Positions 57,784-64,000 of a DNA stretch of 64,000 nt are shown one piece after another. Location of the stretch: positions 11,867 to 75,866 of the forward strand of contig JAICOU010000001.1 of assembly GCA_025930495.1 (NCBI GenBank). The letters are read 5' to 3'. Each line of letters opens with the position of its first letter. The stretch's first letter is position 1. The notes below the pieces were generated by a model. The model saw only the letters and a program-made list of their open reading frames with translations, ran no database searches and was not told where the DNA came from. Origin of the DNA: Nitrososphaeraceae archaeon. GTDB taxonomy: Archaea; Thermoproteota; Nitrososphaeria; Nitrososphaerales; Nitrosopumilaceae. Position numbers and translations under genes: made by a program.

Positions 57784-58420
57784 CTAAGGGATGTGTTTCT
57801 TTTAGTTTTATAATTTTTATATATGAATAACCATGTTCTGATGGATTTTCTACAAACGAAGGTTCAGCATCATTGTTTGTTGTAAATTTTAAGAATGGTT
57901 TTTCAGGGTCAGAATCAAGGACCACATGACAGAAATAAGATGCGCCTTCTTCATTAAAATTCATAAAAACGCCAACAAGCCATTTATCAATACGCGGAAA
58001 TAAAAATAACGGAAACGGTGCTTCTTCAAAACCCCAAGTAAGTTTTGCAAGACTAGATAGATCTTCAAGCTCGATAGGCAGATATCTATCAGCAGTACCA
58101 TTTCCAGGTTTCAATGCATCTGGTAGAGACTTTATTCTTACAATAGGTGAGTATAGTTTACTTGCATCAGAGGTAGAATTTACAATATCAGATTCTTCTT
58201 TTCCACCTTTTAATCCATAACAAATGTAATGGCCATTGTGCTCAAATGGTGTATAATACACAATTGGTTTTTCTTTCAATACATCCATTTGAACTGATAA
58301 AACTTTCTGACCATTATGTTCATGAAGAAATGATACGCGTGGTGCACGTTCAAGAGCACATACTAATCTAGAAAATTCCAGCGTGGAAGAGACTTGAATG
58401 TAACGAGGTAATTTATCCAC
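57758..58420 (-). CDS. Conserved hypothetical protein
   Basis: Long ORF with typical codon usage between purA and pyrF. Confidence 0.65.
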   Translation of the reverse strand: MDKLPRYIQVSSTLEFSRLVCALERAPRVSFLHEHNGQKVLSVQMDVLKEKPIVYYTPFEHNGHYICYGLKGGKEESDIVNSTSDASKLYSPIVRIKSLPDALKPGNGTADRYLPIELEDLSSLAKLTWGFEEAPFPLFLFPRIDKWLVGVFMNFNEEGASYFCHVVLDSDPEKPFLKFTTNNDAEPSFVENPSEHGYSYIKIIKLKETHPLVDYGHLQN

Positions 58421-58469
58421 GGTTATTTTTTGTACAATACTAAATTAAACTTACCCAAAATTTTTCAGG

Positions 58470-59471
58470 CTATTTTCTTCTGTCAATGATTTCATTTATG
58501 GCAGGTCCTGTTCCAATTATTGTTACAGGCGTGTTCAATTTATCTTCAATATTATTTATGAATGATTGTGCATCTTTAGAAAGTTCTTCAAACGATGTTT
58601 TACCTACACAGTCTGGAAATATCACATCTAATTTTGTTATAGAAATTTGAGTTGCGCTATTAAGCATGATTGCACGCCTAGCTAAATCAAAATCGAAATC
58701 AGCTGCACGTCTCTGTCTACCAGTTACTGTTCCAAATTCAGACCAACCTTTACTTTCAGCTTCTGCAAGCGTAAGTTCTTTTGCTAATGGCCCAGTACCA
58801 ACACGTGTGACGTATGATTTGAAGACAACAATTACTTCATCAACTTTTTTGGGTCCGAGCCCAACATCAGCACAAATTCCAGAAGCAGTAACATCTTTTG
58901 AAGTTACAAAAGGATACGTCCCATGCCATAAAGATAAAAACGTACCCTGAGTTCCTTCAACTAATACATTTTGATTTAGAGAAAGTGCAGAGTTTATTTC
59001 AGCAGGAACATCTACAATCAATGAAGATAAAGAATCAATATCTTTTGCCAATTTTAAAACTCTCATTGCTCTATCTGCATTAGCAGGACCAGTACCAGAA
59101 CCAGTACTGCCAATCTTTTCTTTTAATTCACCCTTAGAATCGCGAATGAGATGACTTTCTTCAATAATTCCACAGTGCTTGTCAATAAATGAACGTCCAG
59201 ACGCATCAAAATCTTGTATTTCTTTTAATAAAACAGCAGGGTTAATGACAACGCCAGGACCAATCATCACTTTTGCATTTTTATTCAAAAATCCGCTTGG
59301 TAGCATTCTGACTTTGTATGTTTTATCACCATCTCTAATGGTATGACCTGCGTTTGGACCTGCGCCACCACGAACAATAATTTTTGGGTTGTCTTTCATT
59401 GCTAAATATGAGATTATCTTTCCTTTGCCTTCATCTCCAAAAAATCCACCAACAACAACAGTAGAAGTCAT
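58470..59471 (-). CDS. purA: Adenylosuccinate synthetase (short archaeal form)
   Basis: GDEGKGK, NAGHT, EGTQG, YPFVTS and TVTGRQRR motifs. Confidence 0.95.
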   Translation of the reverse strand: MTSTVVVGGFFGDEGKGKIISYLAMKDNPKIIVRGGAGPNAGHTIRDGDKTYKVRMLPSGFLNKNAKVMIGPGVVINPAVLLKEIQDFDASGRSFIDKHCGIIEESHLIRDSKGELKEKIGSTGSGTGPANADRAMRVLKLAKDIDSLSSLIVDVPAEINSALSLNQNVLVEGTQGTFLSLWHGTYPFVTSKDVTASGICADVGLGPKKVDEVIVVFKSYVTRVGTGPLAKELTLAEAESKGWSEFGTVTGRQRRAADFDFDLARRAIMLNSATQISITKLDVIFPDCVGKTSFEELSKDAQSFINNIEDKLNTPVTIIGTGPAINEIIDRRK

Positions 59472-59551
59472 ATCTTCAAATTTGAATTCCGTTTATTTAA
59501 GCTGAAGTGTTGTCAGAGGATTTAATATTCAATTAGAAATAGAAATGATCG

Positions 59552-60013
59552 TTGACAGAACCAAATTATGCAGGAAATATTATAGTAATCTTGGCAAATC
59601 TTCCAGATTTTCTTAGAATACCTGTTTTAAAAAAAAGAATGATGGAATTTTTCTCAATGACAGAGATAGAGCAAAGAGAAATCATCAATAATGCGCTAGA
59701 AGCTGGACCTGCAATTCCCTTTCCAAATTTTGCAAAACTTTTCAAAACATGGTTAGAGATCTTAACTACACTATCAGAAGAACAGCGAAATGGTCTGTTT
59801 TCTGGCTACATCAATGAGATTTCTAAATCTCCCCAAAAATTAATTGTGTTTAATTTAGATGGGATATTAGAGATTTTCTTAACATTAGATGAAGGAAAAA
59901 AAAACATTATTTCACACACAATCAAGAAAATAATTAATGAACTTGACGTAGAGCGAAAAAGAAAATTAATGATAGTTATACCAGATAATGCAAAGAAATA
60001 CTTGAAGTTCTAG
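59552..60013 (+). CDS. Conserved hypothetical helical protein
   Basis: Open ORF with a TTG start. Confidence 0.6.
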   Translation: MTEPNYAGNIIVILANLPDFLRIPVLKKRMMEFFSMTEIEQREIINNALEAGPAIPFPNFAKLFKTWLEILTTLSEEQRNGLFSGYINEISKSPQKLIVFNLDGILEIFLTLDEGKKNIISHTIKKIINELDVERKRKLMIVIPDNAKKYLKF

Positions 60014-60291
60014 GCGTCTGGAAGTTTATCTGGTTTTCTATTATCTTCATTAGTATAATCCACTATTTCTCCTTCAGGAGAAAGTACGCCTGCAAAGATT
60101 TTTTCATGTTTTTTTAATAATTTTCTATGATCTGCCATAGACATATCAAGTCTCATTTCATTCATAACCATTACACGATATTCTTTCCATTCAGCCCAAC
60201 ATTTGTTACAAACCGGATATTTCTCAGCAACCATGTCAAGTTCCTCATTATCAAGAATAGAATTTTTACATTTTGTACAAGTTCGACTCAT
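60010..60291 (-). CDS. Fe(II)-trafficking/oxidative-damage protection protein, YggX-like
   Basis: MSRT...W.EW...MVMNE.RLDM....RK.L pattern of YggX, plus two CxxC motifs. Confidence 0.6.
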   Translation of the reverse strand: MSRTCTKCKNSILDNEELDMVAEKYPVCNKCWAEWKEYRVMVMNEMRLDMSMADHRKLLKKHEKIFAGVLSPEGEIVDYTNEDNRKPDKLPDA

Positions 60292-60367
60292 AAGGGTAGC
60301 AAGAAAGAACTCCTTTTATCTTTTATTGAATGTAAAGTAATAATAGATAACAAATGCAAAATCAATT

Positions 60368-60577
60368 GTGAAGATAAAATGTCCAAAATGTAAGAAAACA
60401 GCAGAATTATCAATGGACTTTTCTTTTGTAAAATGTGAAAACTGTGATTTAGATATGAGTTATGGAGAATATGTTAAATTTGTTGCACATAATGAATCAA
60501 CATACTCAGATATTCTTGGAGATTATACTGGTAGTACTGAAGGGCAATCTGCAGGGTCATTAGATGAATGGGATTAA
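60368..60577 (+). CDS. Small zinc-ribbon protein
   Basis: CPKC...CENC with an acidic tail. Confidence 0.6.
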   Translation: MKIKCPKCKKTAELSMDFSFVKCENCDLDMSYGEYVKFVAHNESTYSDILGDYTGSTEGQSAGSLDEWD

Positions 60578-60637
60578 CAACATTGTAAAATCATTCAGCA
60601 GATTAAAATAATTAGATTGGAGGATTGTTAAACATCA

Positions 60638-61276
60638 TTGGAATTTCTATTAGAAAATATACTAAATTTGGTTGGGTTTTTGGTAGGACTTGCAATAGGA
60701 ATAATGTCAATAAGGGGATTTAGAAATACAGGCAGCCCCACATTATTTAGATTAACAGTTGCATTTTTTTCAATCAGTATTGGGTTTTTTGTAATATGGG
60801 CAGGATATATGATAGAAGATTTTGTAATAAAATCAGGCAACATAGAAAGATGGATTCAAACATTAGGAATTGTCATTCAAACAATAGGATATTTCTTCAT
60901 AGCATTTTCACATAGCATTAAATCATTTTTTCCAAGATCAAGATATTTCAGAACAATTGGAATTTTTCCATTATTTTTAGTGTCTTCTGTACAAATAGAA
61001 CACATCTTTAGATCTGTTTCATTTATTTTATTGGCTTATGGAGCAATTGAAACAATATTATCGTATTTTGAAAACAAAAACAAAGGAGCTATATCTGTAG
61101 CAGTAGGATTGGCATTATTAGCACTAGGAGAATTTTTAGGATGGTATTCATTTGTATTTCCAGAATCTATATTATATTCAGTTTCTATGTCTATCAAAAT
61201 TGGAGGTTTGATTGCATTGTTTATTCCAGTAAGCAAAATTCCTTTAACTAAGATAAAATTTGATGATGATTTATAA
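60638..61276 (+). CDS. Polytopic (about 7 TM) membrane protein
   Basis: Seven hydrophobic segments and no soluble domain. Confidence 0.7.
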   Translation: MEFLLENILNLVGFLVGLAIGIMSIRGFRNTGSPTLFRLTVAFFSISIGFFVIWAGYMIEDFVIKSGNIERWIQTLGIVIQTIGYFFIAFSHSIKSFFPRSRYFRTIGIFPLFLVSSVQIEHIFRSVSFILLAYGAIETILSYFENKNKGAISVAVGLALLALGEFLGWYSFVFPESILYSVSMSIKIGGLIALFIPVSKIPLTKIKFDDDL

Positions 61277-61406
61277 TAATTTAGTTGCTAGGCTCAAATT
61301 AATTACAAAATCAAAATTTGTCAAATTCTTTTATCTTTTTAGTATATTGCAAAATATCAACTCACTCTCATAGAAATTGCGAAATTAACGTATACAGGGA
61401 ATAGAC

Positions 61407-61694
61407 ATGGTTGAATATAGAACACATATGAAAATTATTGGAGACATATTGTCTACTACGCGTGATGACCTCCAAGATGAAGAAGGTGCCACAGTAACTT
61501 ATCTGATTAGAAAAGCTAACATTTCACATTCTAGAATTTCTAGAATTTTAAAGACGCTAGTATCTCAAGGATTATTAGAACAAGTAGATGCACAAGGTTC
61601 AAACAAATACAGAATTAGTCAATCAGGACGAGAATTTCTTCAAGCATACTATACATTCACAACCTTTGCAGATAATTTTGGCCTAACAATCTAG
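61407..61694 (+). CDS. Winged-helix DNA-binding protein (archaeal HTH_45-like)
   Basis: YRTHMKIIGDIL...TYLIRKANIS...L..LVSQGLL...Y.I...GREFL. Confidence 0.8.
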   Translation: MVEYRTHMKIIGDILSTTRDDLQDEEGATVTYLIRKANISHSRISRILKTLVSQGLLEQVDAQGSNKYRISQSGREFLQAYYTFTTFADNFGLTI

Positions 61695-61780
61695 TCTTCT
61701 GTTTCTTCAAATTCATCTAAATCATCATCAAAATCATCTTGAAAATCTGTATCTTCATACTCAGATGACGGTGTAGACAT
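61691..61780 (-). CDS. Putative 29-aa hyper-acidic micropeptide
   Basis: Manual translation MSTPSSEYEDTDFQDDFDDDLDEFEETED* (15 of 29 residues D/E). Its stop overlaps the stop of the convergent wHTH gene. Confidence 0.45.
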   Translation of the reverse strand: MSTPSSEYEDTDFQDDFDDDLDEFEETED

Positions 61781-61849
61781 GTTCTATGATTGGAAATTTT
61801 TATTCGTTAAAAAACTTATTCAAATGTAAATGAATAATTAAAGAAAAGA

Positions 61850-62464
61850 ATGCAAATAAGGCAATTGAAATCAAAGTGTAATAAAGAAAATATTGCAAAA
61901 GCGAGTAAAATAATCAAAAATGGAGGTATTGTTGTTTTTCCAACAGACACAGTATATGGAATTGGTTGTGATCCATACAATAAAGAAGCAATTAAAAGAA
62001 TTTACAAAATCAAATCAAGGGAAATTTCAAAATCGCTTCCAATTTTGGCTTTTTCAAAAGAGATTGCAGAAAAAATTGTAGAATTTGACAAAGATTCAGA
62101 AAAGATTGCACAAAAAAATTGGCCAGGGCCTCTAACTTTAATTTTAAAATTAACAGATAAAAAACTTAAAGCGTCGCTAAATGGTGTTGACAAAATTGCA
62201 ATTAGAGTTCCAAAACATCAATGTACATTAGAATTTTTAAAAAAATGTGATTTTATTATTGGAACAAGCGCAAATATTTCTGGAGATGGCCCATTTAGAA
62301 ACCCACAAGAGTGTTATCAAAACATACACGATTTTGATCTTTTTTTGGATGGGGGGACAATAACAAGTGAAGGAGAATCAACAATAATTGAATTTGAAGA
62401 AGGAAAATTAAAAATTCACAGAGAAGGAGTTTTAACACGAAATGAGATCTTGAAAATACTTTGA
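61850..62464 (+). CDS. sua5: L-threonylcarbamoyladenylate synthase Sua5/TsaC (YrdC domain only)
   Basis: FPTDTVYGIG, IYKIK.R, WPGPLT, TSANISG and STI motifs. Confidence 0.9.
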   Translation: MQIRQLKSKCNKENIAKASKIIKNGGIVVFPTDTVYGIGCDPYNKEAIKRIYKIKSREISKSLPILAFSKEIAEKIVEFDKDSEKIAQKNWPGPLTLILKLTDKKLKASLNGVDKIAIRVPKHQCTLEFLKKCDFIIGTSANISGDGPFRNPQECYQNIHDFDLFLDGGTITSEGESTIIEFEEGKLKIHREGVLTRNEILKIL

Positions 62465-62982
62465 ATCTAATAATTACATGTGCCAGACATTTGGAATTAG
62501 AAACGAGACAAGAATTATTAGATATTTTAGAAAAACTAGGAGACTCGGAACCTAAAATAACTATCACAAATATGTCGGGAATTTTGACTGCTGAAACAAA
62601 ATTGGAACCAATAGTGATGGTAAAAAAAATCAAAGAAATGTTACTAGATGAGCCATGGTGTATTAGATATTGTCTTAGAATAATCCCTATTCAAAAAATT
62701 ACAGAAACTAAGATTGAGAGCATCGAAGATGGAATTTCAGATTTAATTAAATTGATTTCTGATGGAGAGTCATATAGGATATCAATTGAGAAAAGAAATT
62801 CTAACATTTCAAGTCAAGAATTAATTTCTAGAATAGCAAAAAAAATTAAAAACAAAGTATCATTAGAATTTCCTGATAAAATTATATTAATTGAAGTATT
62901 GGGAAATCAAACTGGAATTGCAATTGTCAAAAAAGAAGATGTTTTGAGTGTAGGAAAAACTAAAAGAAGCATATCAGAGTAA
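62461..62982 (+). CDS. THUMP-domain RNA-binding protein
   Basis: SYRISIEKR...V.L..PD..I.IEV THUMP pattern. Confidence 0.8.
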   Translation: MNLIITCARHLELETRQELLDILEKLGDSEPKITITNMSGILTAETKLEPIVMVKKIKEMLLDEPWCIRYCLRIIPIQKITETKIESIEDGISDLIKLISDGESYRISIEKRNSNISSQELISRIAKKIKNKVSLEFPDKIILIEVLGNQTGIAIVKKEDVLSVGKTKRSISE

Positions 62983-63747
62983 AATAACAGCTTTTTCTAT
63001 TAGTATATCTTCAAGAGGATTTTTTGACAAAACTACATCAAGTTGTTTATCTGTTATTTGAAAATATTTTTTTATAAATGAAGTATTATCTTTTGAGAAT
63101 ATTTTAACAGACATAAAACTTAATTCTTTATAAAGTGCATCTAAGATTTTTTTATTGCCAAGTGCAATCAGTACAAAATTTTGTTGTGATTTGATTCCAG
63201 CAGAATTAATTGCAGAAGAAATTTGTGACGAAATAGCAAAGCGCATTAAAATATCCATTTCAAATTTGTTTGAAAGTAAAATATTGTTTTTATTAGAAGA
63301 GATAGATAAGGAAATAATTTTTTTTAGATGATAATTATTTAGAATAAAATTACTAGATATGGCCTGAAGTTTAATTCCAGGAAATTGTTTTCGGAGCGTA
63401 TCAATATACGTAATGTCAATTTGTTTTTGACCTTGAATTTCAATTACCTGAACTAATTTATTTGAAACATTAAAAATCAGTCTTTTAGATGAACCTCCGT
63501 GAATAACAGGAATTATACTTACTACATCATCATTTTTTATTTTAGTCATTTTTCCTTCCATTGCAGAAGAATCGACACCATTAATCGCTATCAATATATT
63601 TTCAACATCCAAGCTAGGAGTGCTAGCCGGTTTTAGTTCTAATAGTAAAACAAGGAGTTCTTGAATGGTAATATCAGATTTATCAATTTTTAATGTATCA
63701 GTAAAAAAGGACTTTTTTGCCCCTCCTACGAGTTTAATCATTATCAT
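62974..63747 (-). CDS. cgi121: Fusion of a ubiquitin-like MoaD/ThiS/SAMP domain to KEOPS subunit Cgi121
   Basis: N-terminal beta-grasp ends INGVDS...DDVVSIIPVIHGG. The C-terminal half has E.DILMR...SSQIS.AI...G...LEDILIEKA (Cgi121). Confidence 0.8.
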   Translation of the reverse strand: MIMIKLVGGAKKSFFTDTLKIDKSDITIQELLVLLLELKPASTPSLDVENILIAINGVDSSAMEGKMTKIKNDDVVSIIPVIHGGSSKRLIFNVSNKLVQVIEIQGQKQIDITYIDTLRKQFPGIKLQAISSNFILNNYHLKKIISLSISSNKNNILLSNKFEMDILMRFAISSQISSAINSAGIKSQQNFVLIALGNKKILDALYKELSFMSVKIFSKDNTSFIKKYFQITDKQLDVVLSKNPLEDILIEKAVILL

Positions 63748-63798
63748 ATAGTGATCATCTGAAATGCTAAAAATTAATTTTTTGTTTTGTTATACAGT

Positions 63799-64000
63799 TT
63801 ATTCTTCTATGACTTTACTTGTTTCTGAGTCAGATGTTATTGCAATGATTTCCTCTTCAATGGTATCATCTTCAGAAATTTTCTCTTCCAGAGTATAATT
63901 TTCAATTCTAGAAGATTCTATTTGAGATTGTTTTGCTTTTTCCTCACGGTTTTCTTTTTTAATAAATTTAGTAATGTAACCTGCAATTTCATTTTTTAGT
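63799..64000 (-). CDS. rps17e: 30S ribosomal protein S17e, 5' end outside the window, with acidic C-terminal tail
   Basis: Manual translation LKNEIAGYITKFIKK...EEEIIAITSDSETSKVIEE*, resembling the S17e RN.IAGYIT motif. Confidence 0.8.
   Translation of the reverse strand, partial: LKNEIAGYITKFIKKENREEKAKQSQIESSRIENYTLEEKISEDDTIEEEIIAITSDSETSKVIEE

Noticed and set aside
59552-59562. TTGACAGAACC, the reverse complement of the IS6-like repeat start
   Set aside because: It is only 11 bp, is 28 kb away, forms the first codons of a CDS and lacks the CGTCGGATAA part. Probably chance.
60638-61276. Possible microbial rhodopsin (7 TM)
   Set aside because: The last helix has no retinal-binding DxxxK motif and there are no proton-pathway residues.
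972-62633. The remaining short track ORFs nested in or antisense to long genes (for example 4099-4434, 15952-16200, 34568-34933, 44435-44905, 48624-49028)
   Set aside because: They are shadow ORFs of well-supported genes, with no motifs or independent promoter evidence.

Overview
AT-rich archaeal chromosomal DNA. Gene content points to an ammonia-oxidising thaumarchaeon (Nitrosopumilaceae-like): the tandem 3-hydroxypropionate/4-hydroxybutyrate-cycle pair (crotonase plus ADP-forming acyl-CoA synthetase), a type IB topoisomerase, Rps30e and an Rpc34/TFE-beta-like protein. Most of the window is core genome: translation and RNA modification (ksgA, rpo4, rpl21e, rlmN, rps30e, nop5, fibrillarin, trm1, rlmE, rio1, aIF-2beta, sua5, rps17e), DNA metabolism (top1B, top6A/B, radA, rnhB, Hrq-like helicase), nucleotide metabolism (pyrK, pyrD, pyrF, purA, apt, mtnP), gdhA and the proteasome alpha subunit. 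There are two tRNAs: Met-CAT with an intron at non-canonical position 30/31, and Ser-GCT. Three small accessory patches interrupt the core. (1) About 9.4-11.5 kb: SHOCT and TSP3-repeat genes joined by a shared junction/promoter motif. (2) About 21.2-23.4 kb: a cupredoxin-TSP3 gene and a frameshifted integrase-like remnant next to tRNA-Ser. (3) About 30.2-31.3 kb: IS6-like terminal repeats in direct orientation, two cargo genes and a transposase remnant. I also read several micro-ORFs that the ORF track missed. No CRISPR array, rRNA or intact mobile element was found. All family assignments come from motif recognition by eye, not from database searches.
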